Positions 1 to 8,451 of a stretch of DNA of 64,000 bases are shown in pieces. Both the position numbers and the translations under genes were made by a program. Position 1 is the first letter of the stretch; each line of letters begins with the position of its first letter. The notes below the pieces were generated by a model, which was given only the letters and a program-made list of their open reading frames with translations, was not told where the DNA came from and did no database searches. The stretch comes from Pseudomonadota bacterium (GTDB lineage: Bacteria; Pseudomonadota; Gammaproteobacteria; Enterobacterales; JBCCZV01), in assembly GCA_039187085.1 (NCBI GenBank), contig JBCCZV010000003.1:6720-70719 (forward strand), read 5' to 3'.

Positions 1-194
1 GCTTACCCAGTTGGCCGGAAGTTAAGTTGGATCCTTCTAGCGCTTTCTATTTTAACCAAGGACAGCCTGTTTTAGTCACGCAAATTCCTGAGGGTAACAA
101 ATTCAAAGTTTTGGGAGCTGCTGGAGAGTTGTTAGGAGTTGCTGAAATCGATAACGATGGGAAATTAGCTCCTAAGCGCTTGGTCAAAGCCTAA
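1..194 (+). CDS. truB: tRNA pseudouridine(55) synthase TruB, C-terminal fragment (gene begins upstream of the window)
   Basis: Frame 3 is open from the window edge to TAA 192-194. It reads ...FYFNQGQPVLV...LGVAEIDNDGKLAPKRLVKA, the PUA-tail pattern of TruB. It lies directly upstream of rpsO-pnp, as in the classical truB-rpsO-pnp arrangement. Confidence 0.7.
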   Translation, partial: LPSWPEVKLDPSSAFYFNQGQPVLVTQIPEGNKFKVLGAAGELLGVAEIDNDGKLAPKRLVKA

Positions 195-356
195 GTCTGT
201 GTTCTGGCTCAAGCCACTAAATGCCCTTGCCTAGGTAGTAGGCCTCGGGTAAAATTGCGGTTTTATTTTTCAAGCTGAATTAGTGATCGGCTTGTTTTAC
301 ACCAATTACGCATCATACGTTGTTGGTTCACATTTCATTAATAGAGGTATAGAAAT

Positions 357-626
357 ATGTCACTAAGTAACACACAAAAAGCAGAAATTGTTGCTAAGTA
401 TGGTCGTGGTGAAAGAGACACAGGCTCCCCAGAAGTTCAAGTTGCACTTCTTACTCACCAAATCAACCACTTACAAGGCCATTTCAAAGAACACATCCAT
501 GATCATCATTCACGCCGCGGATTGTTAAAAATGGTCAGTCAGCGCCGTAAGCTTTTGGACTATTTAAAGCGAAAAGATGCAAGTCGTTACACCCAACTAA
601 TTGAAAGTTTGGGACTAAGACGCTAA
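357..626 (+). CDS. rpsO: 30S ribosomal protein S15
   Basis: 89-aa ORF with S15 hallmarks ([30 protein letters not shown]). A purine-rich AGAGG lies upstream of the ATG. Confidence 0.97.
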   Translation: MSLSNTQKAEIVAKYGRGERDTGSPEVQVALLTHQINHLQGHFKEHIHDHHSRRGLLKMVSQRRKLLDYLKRKDASRYTQLIESLGLRR

Positions 627-640
627 ATTTATTTTATAAT

Positions 641-670
641 AAAGGGGGCTTTAAGCCCCCTTTATTATAT
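641..670 (+). terminator. Rho-independent terminator of rpsO
   Basis: AAAGGGGGCT-TTA-AGCCCCCTTT forms a GC-rich 7-bp core stem (644-650 with 654-660) flanked by an A-tract and a T-tract, followed by TTTATTATAT. It starts 15 nt after the rpsO stop. Confidence 0.75.
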
Positions 671-1025
671 GTGGGATAATGTTCTTCGATCGTCATTACA
701 AGTTTTAAACGAACGGTAAATAACAAAGGTCTACGTCGTATAAAAACTCACGTAAGTTTTTGTAGTCTGTGGAAATGTTTATTGCGTTTAATTCTTAAAG
801 AACTCGTTTTCCCTGTATGGAGCCGTGGTGGCTGTTCTATCAACTATGCATTGATGACAACTGAGCGATATGGAGTTTATTTGGAAGGCATTGTCTCTTC
901 TAACCTTATTGTGCCTTCATGGATAATCAAGAGTAGTCAGTCGCTACCATTATAGTTTACGTGAGTGAGTCATTATCTTTAACTCATTCAAAGTTCTTCG
1001 ATTGGTGGATTCAGGCCGCGCAACT

Positions 1026-1085
1026 ATTTGATTTGCCAATGAATAGTTAATCAAAAGGTTTTAACTGTTTATTGGTAAATCAAAT
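1026..1085 (+). promoter_or_regulatory. Long perfect hairpin in the pnp 5' leader (candidate RNase III processing / autoregulation site)
   Basis: Positions 1026-1050 pair continuously with 1061-1085, giving 25 bp (22 Watson-Crick plus 3 G.U) and a 10-nt loop TCAAAAGGTT. I checked every pair by hand. The hairpin ends 40 nt before the pnp ATG. Confidence 0.6.
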
Positions 1086-1124
1086 TGAGCCGGAAAGTCA
1101 AACTACGAATCGAATTAATCATTA

Positions 1125-3260
1125 ATGAAAAAAGGAAAAAATGTGAATCCTATTAAAAAAAGCTTTCAATTTGGTCGGCATACCGTAACGATGGAAACCG
1201 GCGCTATCGCGAGACAAGCAACGTCTGCCGTTCTCGTTAGTATGGATGATACCGCTGTATTAGTTACCGTTGTTGCTGATAAAACAGAAGATCCGAGTCG
1301 AGATTTTTTCCCGTTAACGGTCAATTATCAAGAAAAGTATTATGCGGCCGGTCGAATTCCGGGTGGTTTTCTTAAACGAGAAGGGCGCCCTAGCGATCGA
1401 GAAACACTTATTGCTCGTCTTATCGACCGACCGATTCGCCCTCTATTCCCTGATGGCTTTACCAATGAAGTGCAAGTGATAGCTACAGTGGTTTCTCTTA
1501 ATCCAGAAATCGAAACAGATATCGTGGCGCTGATAGGCACATCAGCAGCGCTATCTATCGCAGGCATTCCTTTCAACGGACCTGTTGGCGCTTGTCGGGT
1601 CGGCTTTCTCAACAATGAATATATCTTGAATCCCACAAAATCAGAGATGGAATCCTCCCAACTTGATTTGGTTGTAGCAGGTACTGAACAAGCTGTATTG
1701 ATGGTTGAATCTGAAGCACAAGAGTTGACTGAAAATCAAATGCTTGGGGCTGTGATGTATGGCCATGAGCAAATGCAACAAGTTGTTAATGCTGTTAATG
1801 AATTTACCACTGAAGTGAACAAAGACCAGTGGGATTGGCAAGCGCCTGCTAAAGATGTTGATTCTATCGAGCGAGTTAAACAAACTGTTGGTGATGATGT
1901 GGTAGCTGCTTACAAAATAGCAGATAAACTTGAACGTAAAACCAAACTGAGTGAACTTAAAGAAAAGAGTGTTGCCGCTTTGGTTGAAAACCCCGAAGAA
2001 AATCAGGAAAACGTTGATAAGATCAAAGATGCTTTTTCTGCACTAGAAAAAAATGTAGTACGCACAGCGGTTGTTAATGGTGAAAAGCGTATTGATGGCC
2101 GCGATCATGATATGATTCGTGCTATTTATGTTAATACTGGGGTATTGCCTAAAACTCATGGGTCGGCAGTATTTACTCGTGGCGAAACGCAAGCATTAGT
2201 CACTGCGACATTAGGTACAGCGCGTGATGCGCAAATTCTTGACGGCATCGGTCAAGAGCAAAAAGACACTTTTATTCTTCATTACAACTTTCCTCCTTAT
2301 TGTGTCGGTGAAACAGGGTTTATTGGCTCCCCTAAACGTCGTGAAATTGGTCATGGCCGTTTAGCGAAGCGTGGCATACAGGCTATTATGCCTTCTCAAA
2401 AAGAATTCCCATATGTTGTTCGTGTCGTTTCTGAAATCACTGAATCTAATGGGTCAAGCTCGATGGCATCCGTTTGTGGTTCAAGCTTAGCATTGATGGA
2501 TGCTGGTGTGCCGATTAAAGCTCCTGTTGCTGGTATAGCTATGGGCTTAGTTAAAGAAGACGAAAAATACGTGGTCTTGTCAGATATTTTAGGTGATGAG
2601 GATCATTTAGGTGATATGGACTTCAAAGTGGCTGGCACATCGAGCGGTATTACCGCTTTACAAATGGATATAAAAATTGAGGGAATCACCAAAGAAATTA
2701 TGGAAGTGGCTCTGAGGCAAGCAAAAGCCGGTCGTTTGCATATTCTCGATGTGATGAATCAAGCGATTGCGACACCTAAGGATGACATTTCAGATTTAGC
2801 GCCACGTATTACTTCCTTAAAAATTGACCCTCAAAAAATCAGTGATGTAATTGGTAAAGGTGGTAGCACCATCCGTTCAATTACTGAAGATACAGGAGCA
2901 ACTATTGAAATTCAGGATGATGGCACTGTTAATATCGCAGCAACAGATAATACTGCGGCTCAAGCAGCCATAAAACGCATCGAGGCGCTTTCCAAAGATG
3001 TGATGGATGGCGAAATTTATGATGGCAAAGTAACGCGTATTGCTGATTTCGGTGCTTTTGTTGAAATTTTACCAGGTAAAGAAGGGCTCGTGCACATCTC
3101 GCAAATTGCTAATGAGCGAGTGAGCAAGGTCAGCGATCATCTAAAAACGGGGCAAGCGGTAAAAGTTAAAGTGCTTGAGATTGATAAGCAAGGACGTATT
3201 CGTTTAAGTATTAAAGCTTTGCTAGAACCGACCCAGGAAGTCACAGAAAAAAGCGAATAG
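1125..3260 (+). CDS. pnp: Polynucleotide phosphorylase (PNPase)
   Basis: 711-aa ORF with [13 protein letters not shown], two RNase-PH-like halves ([12 protein letters not shown]; DMDFKVAGT), a KH motif ([12 protein letters not shown]) and an S1 motif ([15 protein letters not shown]). ATG 1125 is the longest start. GTG 1143 behind AAGGA gives (M)[10 protein letters not shown], which looks more like the usual N-terminus. Confidence 0.97.
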   Translation: MKKGKNVNPIKKSFQFGRHTVTMETGAIARQATSAVLVSMDDTAVLVTVVADKTEDPSRDFFPLTVNYQEKYYAAGRIPGGFLKREGRPSDRETLIARLIDRPIRPLFPDGFTNEVQVIATVVSLNPEIETDIVALIGTSAALSIAGIPFNGPVGACRVGFLNNEYILNPTKSEMESSQLDLVVAGTEQAVLMVESEAQELTENQMLGAVMYGHEQMQQVVNAVNEFTTEVNKDQWDWQAPAKDVDSIERVKQTVGDDVVAAYKIADKLERKTKLSELKEKSVAALVENPEENQENVDKIKDAFSALEKNVVRTAVVNGEKRIDGRDHDMIRAIYVNTGVLPKTHGSAVFTRGETQALVTATLGTARDAQILDGIGQEQKDTFILHYNFPPYCVGETGFIGSPKRREIGHGRLAKRGIQAIMPSQKEFPYVVRVVSEITESNGSSSMASVCGSSLALMDAGVPIKAPVAGIAMGLVKEDEKYVVLSDILGDEDHLGDMDFKVAGTSSGITALQMDIKIEGITKEIMEVALRQAKAGRLHILDVMNQAIATPKDDISDLAPRITSLKIDPQKISDVIGKGGSTIRSITEDTGATIEIQDDGTVNIAATDNTAAQAAIKRIEALSKDVMDGEIYDGKVTRIADFGAFVEILPGKEGLVHISQIANERVSKVSDHLKTGQAVKVKVLEIDKQGRIRLSIKALLEPTQEVTEKSE

Positions 3261-3270
3261 TTAAGTTAAA

Positions 3271-3339
3271 CTAACAATACTTTATCATTTTGGATGAAGT
3301 GTTGTTAGCCAAACCTGCATAATATCTAATATTATGCAG
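3271..3339. terminator. Two tandem hairpins between convergent pnp and the MFS gene (likely bidirectional terminator region)
   Basis: Hairpin 1 pairs CTAACAATAC (3271-3280) with GTGTTGTTAG (3299-3308), 10 bp with one G.U. Hairpin 2 pairs CTGCATAATAT (3315-3325) with ATATTATGCAG (3329-3339), 11 perfect bp with a 3-nt loop. Neither has a clean U-tract. Confidence 0.5.
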
Positions 3340-3342
3340 TAA

Positions 3343-4533
3343 TTAATGACATAACACATCTCGAGATTTCCATTCTCCTTTGAAGTGTAGAAGAATCGCT
3401 AAAATGGCTATAGGTATGACACTTAAGACCAACAAGCCGTGCCATTCCAGCTTGAAAAGCATCCATCCTGAACTCAAAGCCGCAATCGCTTGCGTTGAAA
3501 AAACGATTAACTCATTAACAGCTTGAACTTTAAACCTTTCATTAGCGCGGTACGTTGATGGCAGTAATAAAGTGGCCGAGATAAATTGAAAATTCCAACC
3601 AATACCAAGTAATACTAATGCAATAAGATATGCAGAAAATGTTTGCGAAGAAAAAGCGAGAGCCAAGCATAAAAAGTGTGCTAATACGCCAATGGCAATT
3701 AAGCGATAATGACCCATTTTCGAAATGAGCAATGCTGAGGCTAAAGATGGTAAGAACATAGCGGCAACATGTGATTGAATCACCCACTTCGTACTCTCTA
3801 AGCTATGCCCGTAATAATTGTGCATGCTAAGCGGAGTAGCTGTCATGATAAAGCTCATAATTCCATAGGCAATAGCTGCAGTTAAAATAGCCATAACCAG
3901 TCTCGGCTGACTGAGAAGCTCTGATAAAGGTCGAGAGTTTTCTAAGGGTTCAATTTGCTCAGAGGTCTGCGCGTTATCAATGGTTAGCAAAATAACAAAA
4001 GCTACAAAATAAACAACAGCTAGATAGATAAAAGAAGCAGAGTATTCTGTATCCAAAACCATTCGACCTTGAACTGTTATTTCTGGACCAATAAAGGCGG
4101 CAAAAATGCCTCCTAAAAGTACACAAGAAGCAGCTTTGGGAATCAGTGTGTTGTCGACTACCTCAATGGCAGCAAAACGAAATTGTTGGACGGCTGCTGT
4201 TGTAGTACCAATTAAAGCTGACGCCAAACAAAATAACCAGAAATTTTGTAGTATCAAACTCCAGCTAGCCATGAGTGAAGCCAATAAACCAACAATAGCA
4301 AAGCTGACAAAAACATGTTTACGCCCAAAACGACGCATCAGTAAAGATACAGGTACAGTATTGAAAGCAACCCCAAGAATTGATAAACCTACAGGTAATG
4401 TGGAATACTCTGGTGATGGGGCGAGCTGTAGTCCGATAATACCTGCAATGAAAAACAACATAGCAGGGCCGGACAGCATCAAGGAATAGCATGCGGAAAG
4501 CTTCCAAACTTGTGCGGGTAATTGTCGAATCAA
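3343..4533 (-). CDS. Major facilitator superfamily transporter, substrate unknown
   Basis: The 396-aa ORF is almost entirely hydrophobic, with about 12 helices. A basic loop MRRFGRK after the second helix is typical of MFS motif A. Confidence 0.8.
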   Translation of the reverse strand: MIRQLPAQVWKLSACYSLMLSGPAMLFFIAGIIGLQLAPSPEYSTLPVGLSILGVAFNTVPVSLLMRRFGRKHVFVSFAIVGLLASLMASWSLILQNFWLFCLASALIGTTTAAVQQFRFAAIEVVDNTLIPKAASCVLLGGIFAAFIGPEITVQGRMVLDTEYSASFIYLAVVYFVAFVILLTIDNAQTSEQIEPLENSRPLSELLSQPRLVMAILTAAIAYGIMSFIMTATPLSMHNYYGHSLESTKWVIQSHVAAMFLPSLASALLISKMGHYRLIAIGVLAHFLCLALAFSSQTFSAYLIALVLLGIGWNFQFISATLLLPSTYRANERFKVQAVNELIVFSTQAIAALSSGWMLFKLEWHGLLVLSVIPIAILAILLHFKGEWKSRDVLCH

Positions 4534-4580
4534 AAGTATTTACTCCAACTTTACGATGACAAAATGTTCAGTGAATTAGT

Positions 4581-4597
4581 TTCTGGTATTACCAGAA
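4581..4597. promoter_or_regulatory. 17-bp perfect palindrome upstream of the MFS gene (candidate operator)
   Basis: TTCTGGTA-T-TACCAGAA lies 48-64 nt upstream of the MFS start codon. It is flanked by outer inverted arms GTTCAG (4566-4571) and CTGAAC (4602-4607). A 1-nt centre suits a dimeric DNA-binding protein better than an RNA hairpin. Confidence 0.3.
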
Positions 4598-4689
4598 GTA
4601 TCTGAACGCGCACAATATACTGAGTTATCGGTCATTCGTCAAAATATTTGTTGGCTTAAGCGAGCGATTATGTGATTTTGTAGACGAAA

Positions 4690-5787
4690 TTATTCGCCGA
4701 CAGCTAAGGGAGGTTGAGATAGTTTGCTCAAGTTTTTAATAACGCGTTGCGTGCGTTTTTTGAGCTGATTAGCTTCATTGTGATTAGGATCGAGTAAAAG
4801 AATAGACTCCCAGGCATTGAGAGCAGCTTCGTAAGCCCCTGATGAGTAATAGCTTTTTCCATTCTTGTAGAGGTTGGAAATGCGCTGTGTAATTAACTGC
4901 TTAAGGTGTTGCTCGATAGAGAGCAGCCGGGATGGATTTTCAAGAGATTTCCGATGTAAAGCGCTTATGTGTTCCTGAGCCTCAATAAAAGATTGAGCAT
5001 TAATAGCATTTTCTGCTTGAGTAAATAGTTTCTCAATTTGAGCCCGACGTTTGGATTCTTTGGCTTTAGCTTTACGTTGAGCCATTTTTCTACGTTCAAT
5101 ATCTTGGCTGATATTGATGGAGGATAAAAGAGCCTCAGAGCGCTTATCCTTGAGTTGCTTGCCAACTTCTAATAGTTGAATTGCCTTTTTTCTTTTTTTG
5201 GTGGCCAAGAGTTGTTGTGAAAGGTGAAATAAATGCTCAGCTGTTTTAAGGCGTTGATTTTCTAAATGTTCTCGTTTTTCTCTAAAATCTTCTTTAGACA
5301 ATAAGTTATCTGACTGGTTGTGCAAGTCAATATCTCGAACGAGGTGTTTACCATCGTTGAGAACTTGTTCCACCTTAATAATATTTTGTCTCTGTTTCAA
5401 AGAGTGATCATATTTTTTTAGAAGCTGACTAACTTCTCGCGTTTTACCAACATTTTTTTCAAGTGTTTGAAGTGTGTTCACTGCGTAATAATATGATCTC
5501 TTTTTCCAAAGCTTTTTAGCTTGGGATAAGCTTTGTTTATAGTACTCCATCTTCTTCACTTGTAAATGGGATTGCGCCTTCGACCAATAATTTTTGTCTT
5601 CTTCTTGGTCTATTTGCCCGATTTTTTCAAGAAGATACTTTTCGGCACGAAGATACTGATTTTGCTGCAGCAGTTGCTGATAGTGTGTTTTGAGGTCGTG
5701 TTTTTTTGGTAAAAACGAACAACTTACCTGCATTAATAAGATGCAAGTAAAAAACATAGTTAATGTTGTTGTTCGTTTTATCATCAT
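4690..5787 (-). CDS. Secreted coiled-coil / TPR-containing protein (possible lipoprotein), function unknown
   Basis: 365-aa ORF with an N-terminal signal-like segment MFFTCILLMQVSCSF. The long Lys/Gln/Glu-rich central region looks like coiled coil. The C-terminus has a TPR-like motif (GAYEAALNAWESILLLDPNHNEA). Its ATG overlaps the upstream cyclase stop (ATGA at 5784-5787). Confidence 0.6.
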   Translation of the reverse strand: MMIKRTTTLTMFFTCILLMQVSCSFLPKKHDLKTHYQQLLQQNQYLRAEKYLLEKIGQIDQEEDKNYWSKAQSHLQVKKMEYYKQSLSQAKKLWKKRSYYYAVNTLQTLEKNVGKTREVSQLLKKYDHSLKQRQNIIKVEQVLNDGKHLVRDIDLHNQSDNLLSKEDFREKREHLENQRLKTAEHLFHLSQQLLATKKRKKAIQLLEVGKQLKDKRSEALLSSINISQDIERRKMAQRKAKAKESKRRAQIEKLFTQAENAINAQSFIEAQEHISALHRKSLENPSRLLSIEQHLKQLITQRISNLYKNGKSYYSSGAYEAALNAWESILLLDPNHNEANQLKKRTQRVIKNLSKLSQPPLAVGE

Positions 5788-7391
5788 TGGGTTTGTTGGT
5801 TTAAATGTTCTACTTGGCGCTCGAGTAATTGACGATAAGGCTCGTTCATAGCCTCAACGCGATAACTTTTTGTGGGCTCTGATTTTCCCTTTAATAACAC
5901 TTCACGGTAAGGTTTGGCAACGATTCGTGATTTAATGTCACCGTGTTGCAAAACTTTTTCGCTGATTATGGTTTGGTTGGGCTCTCCAATAGTGCATAAG
6001 CGTGATGCTAAGTTAACCGAATCACCAATAACGGTAAATTGCATTCTTTCATCACAACCCATTGCACCCGCTATCATTTCTCCAGTATGGATGCCCACTC
6101 GGAATGTTGCTTCAGGTAATTGTGTCGATTCTGGCATATTTTCATGATGAAGTTTGATTAATTCATTGAACAGGTAGGCAGCACACAAAGCGTGGAAGCA
6201 ATGTTCCTCATCTTGATGAGGAGCGCCAAAGGTTATCATGGCACCGTCACCTAGATATTTATCTACCACACCATTATAAAGCTTGGCTACTTTGTTAATC
6301 ATGGCAAAGTAGCGGTTTAACAAGTTTGCAACTGCTTGAGGAGCCATTTTTTCTGATAACGAAGTAAAGCCAACCATATCGATAAACATAACCGTAGCGA
6401 CAACAAGCTCACTTGGTGGTGTTTTTTCAGGCGCTGCTTGTAATTTGTTGATCACGGCCGGAGGTGCCAGTCTTGATAGGGACTTGGCTTTTAAAGAGTT
6501 GTCAGAGACATCATCCGCAAGTTGGTTCAGGGTGTGAATAATGTTGCCAAACTCATCATTACGATTCGCGGTAATTTTGTGATTATAATCATTGGCTACT
6601 TTGCTTGCCGCTAAGACTAAGTCGTCAACGGGTTGCGACATCCTTCTGCCCATCAGAAAGGCCAAGGTTACAGAAATAGCAAGCATTAAAAGGGTAGCAA
6701 ATCCTATTTTTTCTTCAATTTCATTGAGTGCTAACTCTAAGTGTGAGCGATCAATAACAATTTTTACCCAACCTACTAAAACGTTTTTTAAGCGAATTTG
6801 AGTCACAAAAGGAACTTGTTCGCTATGAGTCTGTTTTAAGGGGTTGGTTTGAGAAGCAGCATCAGCCATTTTTGTGCCATTGGTAGGAGTATCGGAGGGT
6901 TTTTCTTGGAGGTTGAGCGGGCTTTCCGTTGAAGATGTTAAATTTTTGTCAGTATCAGTCTCTTTCGGAGGTTGAGCTGAATTTTGGTTTTCTTCTGATG
7001 TATTGTCTTCAGTAATGGAAATTACAGCGGGACTGCTAGCCAATAGGGTTCCATCTTGAGCGTGGATAGCGACTTCAGAAACATTGGCATCTTCAGTCAT
7101 TCGATTAACGAGTACTTGCAAGCCGACTTGATCTTCGGCCAAGATCATCTCTGCCGCAGAATCAGCGGCTTGATTGGCTAAGCTGTAACCATAAATAGCC
7201 GCTTGTTTCTCCAGTTCATCACTGATGGTAGCACTGATAATAAACCATAAAGCACCTAAACTAACCGAAAGCAATATAGTGATTAACAAAGCAATCTTAT
7301 AAGCTAATGGAATTAATGGTTGAATGAAAGCTCGAGATTTTTCCTGTTCTGGCTGAGTGGTGATTTCAGCATTCGATGTTGTTGTGGTCAC
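5784..7391 (-). CDS. Membrane-bound class III nucleotide (adenylate) cyclase with HAMP linker
   Basis: 535 aa. Order of parts: TM (IALLITILLSVSLGALWFIISA), a roughly 170-aa periplasmic segment with a low-complexity Ser/Thr/Pro/Glu stretch, a second TM, a HAMP-like linker, then the cyclase domain. Cyclase motifs are MFIDMVGFTSLSE, DKYLGDGAMITFG and FTVIGDSVNLASRL. Confidence 0.85.
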   Translation of the reverse strand: MTTTTSNAEITTQPEQEKSRAFIQPLIPLAYKIALLITILLSVSLGALWFIISATISDELEKQAAIYGYSLANQAADSAAEMILAEDQVGLQVLVNRMTEDANVSEVAIHAQDGTLLASSPAVISITEDNTSEENQNSAQPPKETDTDKNLTSSTESPLNLQEKPSDTPTNGTKMADAASQTNPLKQTHSEQVPFVTQIRLKNVLVGWVKIVIDRSHLELALNEIEEKIGFATLLMLAISVTLAFLMGRRMSQPVDDLVLAASKVANDYNHKITANRNDEFGNIIHTLNQLADDVSDNSLKAKSLSRLAPPAVINKLQAAPEKTPPSELVVATVMFIDMVGFTSLSEKMAPQAVANLLNRYFAMINKVAKLYNGVVDKYLGDGAMITFGAPHQDEEHCFHALCAAYLFNELIKLHHENMPESTQLPEATFRVGIHTGEMIAGAMGCDERMQFTVIGDSVNLASRLCTIGEPNQTIISEKVLQHGDIKSRIVAKPYREVLLKGKSEPTKSYRVEAMNEPYRQLLERQVEHLNQQTQ

Positions 7392-7470
7392 TGTCTTATT
7401 ATATCTCGTTGTTGTTGTGGTCTAAAAATGATACAAACAAATATCAAAAATGGGTTTTAGTGTGCCATGA

Positions 7471-8451
7471 ATGCTTCATGCATCCAAGAATATTCGAACT
7501 ATCTATGTGAGTATTTGTTCTTTTTGGGTGATAAAAAAGGAAAATCCTTTGATTCATAAGTTATATTTGTATATTTGTGTAAAAAATGTATCGCTAGAAC
7601 ACGAGCAAAATTTTGTTCAATGTTTAAAGCAGCATTCACCACTTTTATGGCAAGAATGGGAACAATCTTCATACAATATATCGAGCGCTCAAAATAAAAA
7701 AGTTAGATGTATTGAATCGCAGCACGTTCATCAAATCTGGAAAGAAACCTTACAAAAAATTGTGAAGTGGCTTGATTTTGATGCTTATGTCCTGAGCGAA
7801 GAACAAGCGCAGCTTATGCCAGAACTGTTGGTTTCAGACATGGACTCAACGCTTATTGAGTGGGAAGTGATTGATGAACTAGCTGTTATGGCTGGAGTTG
7901 GAAAACAAGTAGCTGACATTACTGAACAGGCTATGCAAGGCTTGCTCGATTTTGAAACAAGTTTGCGTCAGCGCGTAGCTTGTTTACAAGGGCTGCATGT
8001 TGAAGCAATTGCACGCCTTCAAAAGCAACTGCCATTATCACAAGGGGCAGAGAGCCTGCTGAAAGCATGTAAGCTACAGCGAGTCGAAACAGCGCTAGTA
8101 TCTGGGGGATTTATGCCGTTTGTTGAAGCGCTTCAACAGCGATTAGGTATTGACCATGTCGTTGCTAATCACCTGGAAACTCAAGAGTCGATTCTTACCG
8201 GACATGTACATGGACAGATTGTTGATGCTGATTTTAAAGCGGAATTTTTAAAGCTTTTAGCGACAAAAGCGCCTTCCGAAAGAAAAACGACGGTCGCTGT
8301 CGGTGACGGGGCTAACGATTTAGCTATGTTGCAAGCTGCAGATATAGGTTTTGCTTACCACGCAAAACCTATAGTGGCAAAAGCTGCTGATATTGCGATT
8401 GTCCATGGCGGCTTGGATTTGATTGCTTATCACTTCGGGTGGATTCGTTAA
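7471..8451 (+). CDS. serB: Phosphoserine phosphatase SerB
   Basis: HAD motifs are present: LLVSDMDSTLI (motif I), SGGF, and VAVGDGANDLAMLQAADIGFAYHAKP (motif III/IV). The start is uncertain. ATG 7471 is the longest; in-frame TTG 7549 is preceded by AAGGAAAA and gives (M)IHKLYLYI... Confidence 0.85.
   Translation: MLHASKNIRTIYVSICSFWVIKKENPLIHKLYLYICVKNVSLEHEQNFVQCLKQHSPLLWQEWEQSSYNISSAQNKKVRCIESQHVHQIWKETLQKIVKWLDFDAYVLSEEQAQLMPELLVSDMDSTLIEWEVIDELAVMAGVGKQVADITEQAMQGLLDFETSLRQRVACLQGLHVEAIARLQKQLPLSQGAESLLKACKLQRVETALVSGGFMPFVEALQQRLGIDHVVANHLETQESILTGHVHGQIVDADFKAEFLKLLATKAPSERKTTVAVGDGANDLAMLQAADIGFAYHAKPIVAKAADIAIVHGGLDLIAYHFGWIR

Noticed and set aside
1340-1636. These are long antisense or shadow ORFs inside well-supported genes. 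Examples are 1340-1636(-), 4106-4489(+), 21492-21830(-), 21830-22144(-), 24938-25297(-), 58959-59279(-) and 63370-63705(-).
   Set aside because: Each lies wholly inside a gene with strong family motifs on the other strand. Each has odd composition (Ser/Arg/Cys/Pro-rich or low complexity) and no SD. They are typical frame shadows.
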